From Eledone cirrhosa (taxonomy: Eukaryota), in NCBI GenBank assembly GCA_964016885.1, contig OZ024743.1:137330001-137394000 (forward strand): a stretch of 64,000 bases of DNA, in the 5' to 3' direction. The notes below the pieces were generated by a model. That model was not told where the DNA came from. It did not search any database and saw only the letters and a program-made list of their open reading frames with translations. This document shows positions 1 through 17,000 of this stretch, in pieces. Position 1 is the stretch's first letter, and each line of letters begins with the position of its first letter. The position numbers and the translations under genes were made by a program.

Positions 1-868
1 GCACCAAGCAGCAAACACCAAGCACCAAGCCCCAAGCACCAATCACCAAACACCAAGCACCAAGCACCAAATACCAAAAACCAAGCACCGAGGACCAAAC
101 ATCAAACACCAAGCACCAAGCACCAAACGCCTAACACCAAGCACCAAGCACCAAGCACCAAGCACCAAACACCAAGCACCAATCACCAAACACCAAGCAC
201 CAAGCACCAAACACCAAGCACCAGGCACCAAGCACCAAACACCAAGCACCAAGCACCAAACACCAAGCACCAAGACCGAAGCACCAAACACCAAGCACCA
301 AGCACAAAGCACCAAGCACCAAGCACCAAAAACCAAACACCAAGCACCAAGTACCAAACACCAAGCACCAAGCACCAAACACCAAGAACCAAGCACCAAA
401 TACCAAGCACCAAGCACCAAGCACCAGGCACCAAGCACCAAGCACCAAACACAAAACACCAAGCACCAAGAACCAAGCAGCAAACACCAAGCATCAAACA
501 CCAAACACCAAACACCAAGCACCAAACACCAAGCACCAAGCACCATACACCAAACACCAAGCACCAAGCACCAAGCACCAAACACCAAACACCAAGCACC
601 AAACACCAGATACCAAGCACCAAGGACCAAACACCAAACTCCAAGCACCAAGCACCAAACACCAAACAACAAGCACCAGGCACCAAACACCAAACACCAA
701 GCACCAAGCACCAAACACCAAACACCAAGCACGCAGCATCAAACACCAAGCACCAAGCACCAAGCACCAAATACCAAGCACCAAGCACCAAACCCCAAGC
801 ACCAAGCACCAAACACTAATCACCAAGCACCAAGCACCAAGCACCAGGCACCAAGCAGCAAGCACCAA

Positions 869-3648
869 ACACTAATCACCAAGCACCAAGCACCAAGCAC
901 CAAACACCAAGCACCAATCACCAAACACCAAACACCAAGATACAAAGACCAAGCACCAAGCCCCAAGCACCAAGCACCGAAAAATAAGCACCAAGCACCA
1001 AACACCAAGCACCAAGCACCAAACACCAACCACCCAGCACCAAGCACCAAGCACCAAACACCAAGCACCAAACACCAAACACCAAGCACCAAGCACCAAG
1101 CGCCAAGCACCAAACACCAAGCACCAAGCACTAAGCACCAAACACCAAGCCCCAACCAGCAAGCACCAAACACCAAACACCAAGCACCAAGCACCAAACA
1201 CCAAGCACCAAGCACCAAGCACCTAGCACCAAACACCAAACACCAAGCACCAAGCACCAAACACCAATCACCAATCACCAAGCACCAAACACCAAGCAGC
1301 AAGCAGCAAGCACCAAACACCAAACACCAAGCACCAAGCACCAAACACCAAGCACCAAGGACCACACATCAAACACCAAGCACCAAGCACCAAACACCTA
1401 ACACCAAGCACCAAGCACCAAGCACCAAGCACCGAATACCAAGCACCAAGCACCAAGCACCAAACACCAAGCACCAAGCACCAAACACCAAGCACCAAAC
1501 ACCAAGCACCAAACACCAAGCACCAAAAACCAAACACCAAGCACCAACTACTAAACACCAAGCACCAAGCACCAAACACCAAGCACCAAGCACCAAACAC
1601 CAAACACCAAGAACCAAGCACCAAACACAAAGCACCAAGGACCAAGCACCAGGCACCAAGCACCAAGCACCAAACACAAAACACCAAGCACCAAGCACCA
1701 AGCAGCAAACACCAAGCATCAAACACCAAACACCAAACACCAAGCACCAAACACCAAGCACAAAGCACCAAACACCAAACACCAAGCACCAAGCACCAAA
1801 CAACAAGCACCAGGCACCAGGCACCAAGCACCAAACACCAAACACCAAGCACGCAGCATCAAACACCAAGCACCAAGCACAAAGCACCAAACACCAAGCA
1901 CCAAGCACCAAGCACCAAGCACCAAACACCAAACACCAAGCACCAAACACCAGCCACCATGCACCAAGCACCAAACACCAAACACCAAGCACTAAGCACC
2001 AAACACCAAACAACAAGCACCAGGCACCAAGCACCAAACACCAAACACCAAGCACGCATCACCAAGCACCAAGCACCAAGCACCAAACACCAAACACCAA
2101 GCACCAAACACCAAACAACAAGCACCAGGCACCAAACACCAAACACCAAGCACCAAGCACCAAACACCAAACACCAAGCACGCAGCATCAAACACCAAGC
2201 ACCAAGCACCAAGCACCAAATACCAAGAACCAAGCACCAAACACCAACCACCAAACACAAAGCACCAAGCACCAAACACCAAGCACCAAGCACCAAACAC
2301 CAAGCACCAAGCACCAAACACCAAACCCCAAGCACCAAGCACCAAACACTAATCACCAAGCACCAAGCACCAAACAACAAGCACCAAGCACCAAGCACCA
2401 GGCACCAAGCAGCAAGCACCAAACACTAATCACCAAGCACCAAGCACCAAGCACCAAACACCAAGCACCAATCACCAAACACCAAACACCAAGATCCAAA
2501 GACCAAGCACCAAGCCCCAAGCACCAAGCACCAAAAAATAAGCACCAAGCACCAAACACCAAGCACCAAGCACCAAACACCAACCACCCAGCACCAAGCA
2601 CCAAGCACCAAACACCAAGCACCAAACACCAAACACCAAGCACCAAGCACCAAGCGCCAAGCACCAAACACCAAGCACCAAGCACTAAGCACCAAACACC
2701 AAGCCCCAAGCAGCAAGCACCAAACACCAAACACCAAGCACCAAGCACCAAACACCAAGCACCAAGCACCAAGCACCTAGCACCAAACACCAAACACCAA
2801 GCACCAAGCACCAAACACCAATCACCAATCACCAAGCACCAAACACCAAGCAGCAAGCAGCAAGCACCAAACACCAAACACCAAGCACCAAGCACCAAAC
2901 ACCAAGCACCAAGGACCACACATCAAACACCAAGCACCAAGCACCAAACACCTAACACCAAGCACCAAGCACCAAGCACCAAGCACCGAATACCAAGCAC
3001 CAAACACCAAGCACCAAACACCAAGCACCAAGCACCAAACACCAAGCACCAAACACCAAGCACCAAACACCAAGCACCAAAAACCAAACACCAAGCACCA
3101 ACTACTAAACACCAAGCACCAAGCACCAAACACCAAGCACCAAGCACCAAACACCAAACACCAAGAACCAAGCACCAAACACAAAGCACCAAGGACCAAG
3201 CACCAGGCACCAAGCACCAAGCACCAAACACAAAACACCAAGCACCAAGCACCAAGCAGCAAACACCAAGCATCAAACACCAAACACCAAACACCAAGCA
3301 CCAAACTCCAAGCACAAAGCACCAAACACCAAACACCAAGCACCAAGCCCCAAACAACAAGCACCAGGCACCAGGCACCAAGCACCAAACACCAAACACC
3401 AAGCACGCAGCATCAAACACCAAGCACCAAGCACAAAGCACCAAACACCAAGCACCAAGCACCAAGCACCAAGCACCAAACACCAAACACCAAGCACCAA
3501 ACACCAGCCACCATGCACCAAGCACCAAACACCAAACACCAAGCACTAAGCACCAAACACCAAACAACAAGCACCAGGCACCAAGCACCAAACACCAAAC
3601 ACCAAGCACGCATCACCAAGCACCAAGCACCAAGCACCAAACACCAAG
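869..3648 (+). repeat. Higher-order duplication, offset 1554 bp (222 monomers); ~869-2094 repeated at ~2423-3648
   Basis: Near-identical ORF calls recur at +1554 (872/2426, 1268/2822, 1369/2923). Both copies carry the same ordered rare variants (AAAATAA, GCGCCAA, GCACCTA, GGACCAC-ACATCAA, CTACTAA). Confidence 0.9.
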
Positions 3649-6600
3649 CACCAAGCACCAAGCACCAAACACCAAACACCAAACACCAAGCACCAAGCAC
3701 CAAACACCAAGCACCAAACACCAAACCCCAAGCACCAATCACAAAACACTAATCACCAAGCACCAAGCACCAAACACCGAGCACCAAGCATCAAGCACCA
3801 AACACCAAGCACCAAGCACCAAGCACCAAGCACCAAACACCAAACACCAAGCACCAAACACCGAACCCCAAGCACCAAAGACCAAGCACCAAGCACCAAT
3901 GACCAAACACCAAGCACCAAGGACCAAGCAACAAACACCAAGCACCAAGCACCAAACACCCAGCACCAAGCACCAAGCACCAAACACCAAACACCAAGCA
4001 CGCAGCATCAAACACCAAGCACCAAGCACCAAGCACCAAACACCAATTACCAAACACCAACCACCAAGCACCAAACACCAAACACCAATCACCAAGCACC
4101 AAGCACGAAACACCAGGCACCAAGTACCAAGTACCAAACACCAAACACCAAGCACCAAACACCAGCCACCAAGCACCAAGCACCAAACACCAAACACCAA
4201 GCACTAAGCACCAAACACCAAACAGCAAGCACCAGGCACCAAGCACCAAACACCAAGCACCAAGCACCAAACACCAAGCACCAAGACCGAAGCACCAAAC
4301 ACCAAGCACCAAGCACAAAGCACCAAGCACCAAGCACCAAAAACCAAACACCAAGCACCAAGTACCAAACACCAAGCACCAAGCACCAAACACCAAGCAC
4401 CAAGCACCAATCACCAAACACCAAGAACCAAGCACCAAATACCAAGCACCAAGCACCAAGCACCAGGCACCAAGCACCAAGCACCAAACACAAAACACCA
4501 AGCACCAAGAACCAAGCAGCAAACACCAAGCATCAAACACCAAACACCAATCACCAAGCACCAAACACCAAGCACCAAGCACCAAACACCAAACACCAAG
4601 CACCAAGCACCAAGCACCAAACACCAAACACCAAGCACCAAACACCAGATACCAAGCACCAAGCACCAAACACCAAACTCCAAGCACCAAGCACCAAACA
4701 CCAAACAACAAGCACCAGGCACCAAACACCAAACACCAAGCACCAAGCACCAAACACCAAACACCAAGCACCAAACACCAAGCACCAAGCACCAAACACC
4801 AAACCCCAAGCACCAAGCACCAAACACTAATCACCAAGCACCAAGCACCAAACAACAAGCACCAAGCACCAGGCACCATGCAGCAAGCACCAAACACTAA
4901 TCACCAAGCACCAAGCACCAAGCACCAAACACCAAGCACCAAGCACCAAACACCAAACACCAAGATCCAAAGACCAAGCACCAAGCCCCAAGCACCAAGC
5001 ACCAAAAAATAAGCACCAAGCACCAAACACCAAGCACCAAGCACCAAACACCAACCACCCAGCACCAAGCACCAAGCACCAACCACCAAGCACCAAACAC
5101 CAATCACCAAGCACCAAGCACCAAGCACCAAACACCAAGTACCAAACACCAAGCACCAAACACCAAGTCCCACGCACCAAGCAGCAAACACCAAGCACCA
5201 AGCCCCAAGCACCAATCACCAAACACCAAGCACCAAGCACCAAATACCAAACACCAAGCACCAAGGACCAAACATCAAACACCAAGCACCAAACACCAGA
5301 TACCAAGCACCAAGCACCAAACACCAAACTCCAAGCACCAAGCACCAAACACCAAACAACAAGCACCAGGCACCAAACACCAAACACCAAGCACCAAGCA
5401 CCAAACACCAAACACCAAGCACGCAGCATCAAACACCAAGCACCAAGCACCAAGCACCAAATACCAAGCACCAAGCACCAAACACCAACCACCAAACACA
5501 AAGCACCAAGCACCAAACACCAAGCACCAAGCACCAAACACCAAGCACCAAGCACCAAACACCAAACCCCAAGCACCAAGCACCAAACACTAATCACCAA
5601 GCACCAAGCACCAAACAACAAGCACCAAGCACCAGGCACCATGCAGCAAGCACCAAACACTAATCACCAAGCACCAAGCACCAAGCACCAAACACCAAGC
5701 ACCAAGCACCAAACACCAAACACCAAGATCCAAAGACCAAGCACCAAGCCCCAAGCACCAAGCACCAAAAAATAAGCACCAAGCACCAAACACCAAGCAC
5801 CAAGCACCAAACACCAACCACCCAGCACCAAGCACCAAGCACCAACCACCAAGCACCAAACACCAATCACCAAGCACCAAGCACCAAGCACCAAACACCA
5901 AGTACCAAACACCAAGCACCAAACACCAAGTCCCACGCACCAAGCAGCAAACACCAAGCACCAAGCCCCAAGCACCAATCACCAAACACCAAGCACCAAG
6001 CACCAAATACCAAACACCAAGCACCAAGGACCAAACATCAAACACCAAGCACCAAACACCAGATACCAAGCACCAAGCACCAAACACCAAACTCCAAGCA
6101 CCAAGCACCAAACACCAAACAACAAGCACCAGGCACCAAACACCAAACACCAAGCACCAAGCACCAAACACCAAACACCAAGCACGCAGCATCAAACACC
6201 AAGCACCAAGCACCAAGCACCAAATACCAAGCACCAAGCACCAAACACCAACCACCAAACACAAAGCACCAAGCACCAAACACCAAGCACCAAGCACCAA
6301 ACACCAAGCACCAAGCACCAAACACCAAACCCCAAGCACCAAGCACCAAACACTAATCACCAAGCACCAAGCACCAAACAACAAGCACCAAGCACCAAGT
6401 ACCAGGCACCAAGCAGCAAGCACCAAACACTAATCACCAAGCACCAAGCACCAAGCACCAAACACCAAGCACCAATCACCAAACACCAAACACCAAGATC
6501 CAAAGACCAAGCACCAAGCCCCAAGCACCAAGCACCAAAAAATAAGCACCAAGCACCAAACACCAAGCACCAAGCACCAAACACCAACCACCCAGCAGCA

Positions 6601-8099
6601 AGCACCAAGCACCAAACACCAAGCACCAAACACCAAACACCAAGCACCAAGCACCAAGCGCCAAGCACCAAACACCAAGCACCAAGCACTAAGCACCAAA
6701 CACCAAGCCCCAAGCAGCAAGCACCAAACACCAAACACCAAGCACCAAGCACCAAACACCAAGCACCAAGCACCAAGCACCTAGCACCAAACACCAAACA
6801 CCAAGCACCAAGCACCAAACACCAATCACCAATCACCAAGCACCAAACACCAAGCAGCAAGCAGCAAGCACCAAACACCAAACACCAAGCACCAAGCACC
6901 AAACACCAAGCACCAAGGACCACACATCAAACACCAAGCACCAAGCACCAAACACCTAACACCAAGCACCAAGCACCAAGCACCAAGCACCGAATACCAA
7001 GCACCAAACACCAAGCACCAAACACCAAGCACCAAGCACCAAACACCAAGCACCAAACACCAAGCACCAAACACCAAGCACCAAAAACCAAACACCAAGC
7101 ACCAACTACTAAACACCAAGCACCAAGCACCAAACACCAAGCACCAAGCACCAAACACCAAACACCAAGAACCAAGCACCAAACACAAAGCACCAAGGAC
7201 CAAGCACCAGGCACCAAGCACCAAGCACCAAACACAAAACACCAAGCACCAAGCACCAAGCAGCAAACACCAAGCATCAAACACCAAACACCAAACACCA
7301 AGCACCAAACTCCAAGCACAAAGCACCAAACACCAAACACCAAGCACCAAGCCCCAAACAACAAGCACCAGGCACCAGGCACCAAGCACCAAACACCAAA
7401 CACCAAGCACGCAGCATCAAACACCAAGCACCAAGCACAAAGCACCAAACACCAAGCACCAAGCACCAAGCACCAAGCACCAAACACCAAACACCAAGCA
7501 CCAAACACCAGCCACCATGCACCAAGCACCAAACACCAAACTCCAAGCACTAAGCACCAAACACCAAACAACAAGCACCAGGCACCAAGCACCAAACACC
7601 AAACACCAAGCACGCATCACCAAGCACCAAGCACCAAGCACCAAACACCAAGCACCAAGCACCAAGCACCAAACACCAAACACCAAACACCAAGCACCAA
7701 GCACCAAACACCAAGCACCAAACACCAAACCCCAAGCACCAATCACAAAACACTAATCACCAAGCACCAAGCACCAAACACCGAGCACCAAGCATCAAGC
7801 ACCAAACACCAAGCACCAAGCACCAAGCACCAAGCACCAAACACCAAACACCAAGCACCAAACACCGAACCCCAAGCACCAAAGACCAAGCACCAAGCAC
7901 CAATGACCAAACACCAAGCACCAAGGACCAAGCAACAAACACCAAGCACCAAGCACCAAACACCCAGCACCAAGCACCAAGCACCAAACACCAAACACCA
8001 AGCACGCAGCATCAAACACCAAGCACCAAGCACCAAGCACCAAGCACCAATTACCAAACACCAACCACCAAGCACCAAACACCAAACACCAATCACCAA
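2100..8099 (+). repeat. Dispersed higher-order duplication, offset 4004 bp (572 monomers); ~2100-4095 repeated at ~6104-8099
   Basis: ORF pairs 2426/6430, 2822/6826, 3513/7517 and 3753/7757 all at +4004. Shared rare variants ACACCGA-ACCCCAA and TGACCAA. Confidence 0.88.
4768..6392 (+). repeat. Tandem higher-order repeat, period 763 bp (109 monomers), ~2.1 copies
   Basis: Identical ORFs 4897/5660, 4901/5664, 5216/5979, 5275/6038 at +763. GTCCCAC marker at ~5167 and ~5930. Confidence 0.92.
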
Positions 8100-11000
8100 A
8101 CACCAGCCACCAAGCACCAAGCACCAAACACCAAACACCAAGCACTAAGCACCAAACACCAAACAGCAAGCACCAGGCACCAAGCACCAAGCACCAAACA
8201 CCAAGCACCAAGCACCAATCACCAAACACCAAGAACCAAGCACCAAATACCAAGCACCAAGCACCAAGCACCAGGCACCAAGCACCAAGCACCAAACACA
8301 AAACACCAAGCACCAAGAACCAAGCAGCAAACACCAAGCATCAAACACCAAACACCAAACACCAAGCACCAAACACCAAGCACCAAGCACCAAACACCAA
8401 ACACCAAGCACCAAGCACCAAGCACCAAACACCAAACACCAAGCACCAAACACCAGATACCAAGCACCAAGCACCAAACACCAAACTCCAAGCACCAAGC
8501 ACCAAACACCAAACAACAAGCACCAGGCACCAAACACCAAACACCAAGCACCAAGCACCAAACACCAAACACCAAGCACGCAGCATCAAACACCAAGCAC
8601 CAAGCACCAAGCACCAAATACCAAGCACCAAGCACCAAACACCAACCACCAAACACAAAGCACCAAGCACCAAACACCAAGCACCAAGCAACAAACACCA
8701 AGCACCAAGCACCAAACACCAAACCCCAAGCACCAAGCACCAAACACTAATCACCAAGCACCAAGCACCAAACAACAAGCACCAAGCACCAGGCACCATG
8801 CAGCAAGCACCAAACACTAATCACCAAGCACCAAGCACCAAGCACCAAACACCAAGCACCAAGCACCAAACACCAAACACCAAGATCCAAAGACCAAGCA
8901 CCAAGCCCCAAGCACCAAGCACCAAAAAATAAGCACCAAGCACCAAACACCAAGCACCAAGCACCAAACACCAACCACCCAGCACCAAGCACCAAGCACC
9001 AAACACCAAGCACCAAACACCAATCACCAAGCACCAAGCACCAAGCACCAAACACCAAGTACCAAACACCAAGCACCAAACACCAAGTCCCACGCACCAA
9101 GCAGCAAACACCAAGCACCAAGCCCCAAGCACCAATCACCAAACACCAAGCACCAAGCACCAAATACCAAACACCAAGCACCAAGGACCAAACATCAAAC
9201 ACCAAGCACCAAGCACCAAACGCCTAACACCAAGCACCAAGCACCAAGCACCAAGCACCAAACACCAAGCACCAATCACCAAACACCAAGCACCAAGCAC
9301 CAAACACCAAGCACCAGGCACCAAGCACCAAACACCAAGCACCAAGCACCAAACACCAAGCACCAAGACCGAAGCACCAAACACCAAGCACCAAGCACAA
9401 AGCACCAAGCACCAAGCACCAAAAACAAAACACCAAGCACCAAGTACCAAACACCGAGCACCAAGCACCAAACACCAAGCACCAAGCACCAATCACCAAA
9501 CACCAAGAACCAAGCACCAAATACCAAGCACCAAGCACCAAGTACCAGGCACCAAGCACCAAGCACCAAACACAAAACACCAAGCACCAAGAACCAAGCA
9601 GCAAACACCAAGCATCAAACACCAAACACCAAACACCAAGCACCAAACACCAAGCACCAAGCACCAAACACCAAACACCAAGCACCAAGCACCAAGCACC
9701 AAACACCAAACACCAAGCACCAAACACCAGATACCAAGCACCAAGCACCAAACACCAAACTCCAAGCACCAAGCACCAAACACCAAACAACAAGCACCAG
9801 GCACCAAACACCAAACACCAAGCACCAAGCACCAAACACCAAACACCAAGCACGCAGCATCAAACACCAAGCACCAAACACCAAGCACCAAACACGAAAC
9901 ACCAAGCACTAAGCACCAAACACCAAACAACAAGCACCAGGCACCAAGCACCAAACACCAAACACCAAGCACGCAGCACCAAACACCAAGCACCAAGCAC
10001 CAAGCACCAAACACCAAGCACCAAGCACCAAGCACCAAATACCAAGCACCAAGCACCAAACACCAACCACCAAACACAAAGCACCAAGCACCAAACACCA
10101 AGCACCAAGCACCAAATACCAAGCACCAAGCACCAAACACCAAACCCCAAGCACCAAGCACCAAACACTAATCACCAAGCACCAAGCACCAAACAACAAG
10201 CACCAAGCACCAAGCACCAGGCACCAAGCAGCAAGCACCAAACACTAATCACCAAGCACCAAGCACCAAGCACCAAACACCGAGCACCAATCATCAAACA
10301 CCAAACACCAAGATCCAAAGACCAAGCACCAAGCCCCAAGCACCAAGCACCAAAAAATAAGCACCAAGCACCAAACACCAAGCACCAAGCACCAAACACA
10401 AACCACCCAGCACCAAGCACGAAGCACCAAACACCAAGCACCAAACACCAAACACCAAGCACCAAGCACCAAGCGCCAAGCACCAAACACCAAGCACCAA
10501 GCACTAAGCACCAAACACCAAGCCCCAAGCAGCAAGCACCAAACACCAAACACCAAGCACCAAGCACCAAACCGCAAGCACCAAGCACCAAGCACCTAGC
10601 ACCAAACACCAAACACCAAGCACCAAGCACCAAACACCAATCACCAATCACCAAGCACCAAACAACAAGCAGCAAGCAGCAAGCACCAAACACCAAACAC
10701 CAAGCACCAAGCACCAAACACCAAGCACCAAGGACCACACATCAAACACCAAGCACCAAGCACCAAACACGTAACACCAAGCACCAAGCACCAAGAACCA
10801 AGCACCGAATACCAAGCACCAAACACCAAGCACCAAACACCAAGCACCAAGCACCAAACACCAAGCACCAAACACCAAGCACCAAACACCAAGCACCAAA
10901 AACCAAACACCAAGCACCAACTACTAAACACCAAGCACCAAGCACCAAACACCAAGCACCAAGCACCAAACACCAAACACAAAGCACCAAGGACCAAGCA

Positions 11001-14000
11001 CCAGGCACCAAGCACCAAGCACCAAACACAAAACACCAAGCACCAAGCACCAAGCAGCAAACACCAAGCATCAAACACCAAACACCAAACACCAAGCACC
11101 AAACACCAAGCACAAAGCACCAAACACCAAACACCAAGGACCAAGCACCAAACAACAAGCACCAGGCACCAGGCACCAAGCACCAAACACCAAACACCAA
11201 GCACGCAGCATCAAACACCAAGGACCAAGCACAAAGCACCAAACACCAAGCACCAAGCACCAAGCACCAAGCACCAAACACCAAACACCAAGCACCAAAG
11301 ACCAGCCACCATGCACCAAGCACCAAACACCAAACACCAAGCACTAAGCACCAAACACCAAACAACAAGCACCAGGCACCAAGCACCAAACACCAAACAC
11401 CAAGCACGCATCACCAAGCACCAAGCACCAAGCACCAAACACCAAGCACCAAGCACCAAGCACCAAACACCAAACACCAAACACCAAGCACCAAGCACCA
11501 AACACCAAGCACCAAACACCAAACCCCAAGCACCAATCACAAAACACTAATCACCAAGCACCAAGCACCAAACACCGAGCACCAAGCATCAAGCACCAAG
11601 CACCAAACACCAAACACCAAGCACCAAACACCAAACCCCAAGCACCAAAGACCAAGCACCAAGCACCAAGGACCAAACACCAAGCACCAAGGACCAAGCA
11701 ACAAACACCAAGCACCAAGCACCAAACACCCAGCACCAAGCACCAAGCACCAAACACCAAACACCAAGCACGCAGCATCAAACACCAAGCACCAAGCACC
11801 AAGCACCAAGCACCAATTACCAAACACCAACCACCAAGCACCAAACACCAAACACCAATCACCAAGCACCAAGCACGAAACACCAGGCACCAAGTACCAA
11901 GTACCAAACACCAAACACCAAGCACCAAACACCAGCCACCAAGCACCAAGCACCAAACACCAAACACCAAGCACTAAGCACCAAACACCAAACAGCAAGC
12001 ACCAGGCACCAAGCACCAAACACCAAGCACCAAGCAGCAAACACCAAGCACCAAGACCGAAGCACCAAACACCAAGCACCAAGCACAAAGCACCAAGCAC
12101 CAAGCACCAAAAACCAAACACCAAGCACCAAGTACCAAACACCAAGCACCAAGCACCAAACACCAAGCACCAAGCACCAATAACCAAACACCAAGAACCA
12201 AGCACCAAACACCAAGCACCAAGCACCAAGCACCAGGCACCAAGCACCAAGCACCAAACACAAAACACCAAGCACCAAGAACCAAGCAGCAAACACCAAG
12301 CATCAAACACCAAACACCAAACACCAAGCACCAAACACCAAGCACCAAGCACCAAACACCAAACACCAAGCACCAAGCACCAAGCACCAAACACCAAACA
12401 CCAAGCACCAAGACCGAAGCACCAAACACCAAGCACCAAGCACAAAGCACCAAGCACCAAGCACCAAAAACCAAACACCAAGCACCAAGTACCAAACACC
12501 AAGCACCAAGCACCAAACACCAAGCACCAAGCACCAATCACCAAACTCCAAGAACCAAGCACCAAATACCAAGCACCAAGCACCAAGCACCAGGCACCAA
12601 GCACCAAGCACCAAACACAAAACACCAAGCACCAAGAACCAAGCAGCAAACACCAAGCATCAAACACCAAACACCAAACACCAAGCACCAAACACCAAGC
12701 ACCAAGCACCAAACACCAAACACCAATCACCAAGCACCAAACACCAAGCAGCAAGCAGCAAGCACCAAACACCAAACACCAAGCACCAAGCACCAAACAC
12801 CAAGCACCAAGGACCACACATCAAACACCAAGCACCAAGCACCAAACACCTAACACCAAGCACCAAGCACCAAGCACCAAGCACCGAATACCAAGCACCA
12901 AACACCAAGCACCAAACACCAAGCACCAAGCACCAAACACCAAGCACCAAACACCAAGCACCAAACACCAAGCACCAAAAACCAAACACCAAGCACCAAC
13001 TACTAAACACCAAGCACCAAGCACCAAACACCAAGCACCAAGCACCAAACACCAAACACCAAGAACCAAGCACCAAACACAAAGCACCAAGGACCAAGCA
13101 CCAGGCACCAAGCACCAAGCACCAAACACAAAACACCAAGCACCAAGCACCAAGCAGCAAACACCAAGCATCAAACACCAAACACCAAACACCAAGCACC
13201 AAACTCCAAGCACAAAGCACCAAACACCAAACACCAAGCACCAAGCCCCAAACAACAAGCACCAGGCACCAGGCACCAAGCACCAAACACCAAACACCAA
13301 GCACGCAGCATCAAACACCAAGCACCAAGCACAAAGCACCAAACACCAAGCACCAAGCACCAAGCACCAAGCACCAAACACCAAACACCAAGCACCAAAC
13401 ACCAGCCACCATGCACCAAGCACCAAACACCAAACACCAAGCACTAAGCACCAAACACCAAACAACAAGCACCAGGCACCAAGCACCAAACACCAAACAC
13501 CAAGCACGCATCACCAAGCACCAAGCACCAAGCACCAAACACCAAGCACCAAGCACCAAGCACCAAACACCAAACACCAAACACCAAGCACCAAGCACCA
13601 AACACCAAGCACCAAACACCAAACCCCAAGCACCAATCACAAAACACTAATCACCAAGCACCAAGCACCAAACACCGAGCACCAAGCATCAAGCACCAAA
13701 CACCAAGCACCAAGCACCAAGCACCAAGCACCAAACACCAAACACCAAGCACCAAACACCTAACCCCAAGCACCAATGACCAAGCACCAAGCACTAATGA
13801 CCAAACACCAAGCACCAAGGACCAAGCAACAAACACCAAGCACCAAGCACCAAACACCCAGCACCAAGCACCAAGCACCAAACACCAAACACCAAGCACG
13901 CAGCATCAAACACCAAGCACCAAGCACCAAGCACCAAGCACCAATTACCAAACACCAACCACCAAGCACCAAACACCAAACACCAATCACCAAACACCAG

Positions 14001-17000
14001 CCACCAAGCACCAAGCACCAAACACCAAACACCAAGCACTAAGCACCAAACACCAAACAGCAAGCACCAGGCACCAAGCACCAAGCACCAAACACCAAGC
14101 ACCAAGCACCAATCACCAAACACCAAGCACCAAGCACCAAATACCAAGCACCAAGCACCAAGCACCAGGCACCAAGCACCAAGCACCAAACACAAAACAC
14201 CAAGCACCAAGAACCAAGCAGCAAACACCAAGCATCAAACACCAAACACCAAACACCAAGCACCAAACACCAAGCACCAAGCACCAAACACCAAACACCA
14301 AGCACCAAGCACCAAGCACCAAACACCAAACACCAAGCACCAAACACCAGATACCAAGCACCAAGCCCCAAACACCAAACTCCAAGCACCAAGCACCAAA
14401 CACCAAACAACAAGCACCAGGCACCAAACACCAAACACCAAGCACCAAGCACCAAACACCAAACACCAAGCACGCAGCATCAAACACCAAGCACCAAGCA
14501 CCAAGCACCAAATACCAAGCACCAAGCACCAAACACCAACCACCAAACACAAAGCACCAAGCACCAAACACCAAGCACCAAGCAACAAACACCAAGCACC
14601 AAGCACCAAACACCAAACCCCAAGCACCAAGCACCAAACACTAATCACCAAGCACCAAGCACCAAACAACAAGCACCAAGCACCAGGCACCATGCAGCAA
14701 GCACCAAACACTAATCACCAAGCACCAAGCACCAAGCACCAAACACCAAGCACCAAGCACCAAACACCAAACACCAAGATCCAAAGACCAAGCACCAAGC
14801 CCCAAGCACCAAGCACCAAACACCAAGCACCAAGCACCAAACACCAACCACCCAGCACCAAGCACCAAGCACCAAACACCAAGCACCAAACACCAATCAC
14901 CAAGCACCAAGCACCAAGCACCAAACACCAAGTACCAAACACCAAGCACCAAACACCAAGTCCCACGCACCAAGCAGCAAACACCAAGCACCAAGCCCCA
15001 AGCACCAATCACCAAACACCAAGCACCAAGCACCAAATACCAAACACCAAGCACCAAGGACCAAACATCAAACACCAAGCACCAAGCACCAAACGCCTAA
15101 CACCAAGCACCAAGCACCAAGCACCAAGCACCAAACACCAAGCACCAATCACCAAACACCAAGCACCAAGCACCAAACACCAAGCACCAGGCACCAAGCA
15201 CCAAACATAAGCACCAAGCACCAAACACCAAGCACCAAGACCGAAGCACCAAACACCAAGCACCAAGCACAAAGCACCAAGCACCAAGCACCAAAAACAA
15301 AACACCAAGCACCAAGTACCAAACACCGAGCACCAAGCACCAAACACCAAGCACCAAGCACCAATCACCAAACACCAAGAACCAAGCACCAAATACCAAG
15401 CACCAAGCACCAAGTACCAGGCACCAAGCACCAAGCACCAAACACAAAACACCAAGCACCAAGAACCAAGCAGCAAACACCAAGCATCAAACACCAAACA
15501 CCAAACACCAAGCACCAAACACCAAGCACCAAGCACCAAACACCAAACACCAAGCACCAAACACCAGATACCAAGCACCAAGCACCAAACACCAAACTCC
15601 AAGCACCAAGCACCAAACACCAAACAACAAGCACCAGGCACCAAACACCAAACACCAAGCACCAAGCACCAAACACCAAACACCAAGCACGCAGCATCAA
15701 ACACCAAGCACCAAACACAAAGCACCAAACACGAAACACCAAGCACTAAGCACCAAACACCAAACAACAAGCACCAGGCACCAAGCACCAAACACCAAAC
15801 ACCAAGCACGCAGCACCAAACACCAAGCACCAAGCACCAAGCACCAAACACCAAGCACCAAGCACCAAGCACCAAATACCAAGCACCAAGCACCAAACAC
15901 CAACCACCAAACACAAAGCACCAAGCACCAAACACCAAGCACCAAGCACCAAACACCAAGCACCAAGCACCAAACACCAAACCCCAAGCACCATGCACCA
16001 AACACTAATCACCAAGCACCAAGCACCAAACAACAAGCACCAAGCACCAAGCACCAGGCACCAAGCAGCAAGCACCAAACACTAATCACCAAGCACCAAG
16101 CACCAAGCACCAAACACCAAGCACCAATCATCAAACACCAAACACCAAGATCCAAAGACCAAGCACCAAGCCCCAAGCACCAAGCACCAAAAAATAAGCA
16201 CCAAGCACCAAACACCAAGCACCAAGCACCAAACACCAACCACCCAGCACCAAGCACCAAGCACCAAACACCAAGCACCAAACACCAAACACCAAGCACC
16301 AAGCACCAAGCGCCAAGCACCAAACACCAAGCACCAAGCACTAAGCACCAAACACCAAGCCCCAAGCAGCAAGCACCAAACACCAAACACCAAGCACCAA
16401 GCACCAAACCGCAAGCACCAAGCACCAAGCACCTAGCACCAAACACCAAACACCAAGCACCAAGCACCAAACACCAATCACCAATCACCAAGCACCAAAC
16501 AACAAGCAGGAAGCAGCAAGCACCAAACACCAAACACCAAGCACCAAGCACCAAACACCAAGCACCAAGGACCACACATCAAACACCAAGCACCAAGCAC
16601 CAAACACGTAACACCAAGCACCAAGCACCAAGCACCAAGCACCGAATACCAAGCACCAAACACCAAGCACCAAACACCAAGCACCAAGCACCAAACACCA
16701 AGCACCAAACACCAAGCACCAAACACCAAGCACCAAAAACCAAACACCAAGCACCAACTACTAAACACCAAGCACCAAGCACCAAACACCAAGCACCAAG
16801 CACCAAACACCAAACACAAAGCACCAAGGACCAAGCACCAGGCACCAAGCACCAAGCACCAAACACAAAACACCAAGCACCAAGCACCAAGCAGCAAACA
16901 CCAAGCATCAAACACCAAACACCAAACACCAAGCACCAAACACCAAGCACAAAGCACCAAACACCAAACACCAAGGACCAAGCACCAAACAACAAGCACC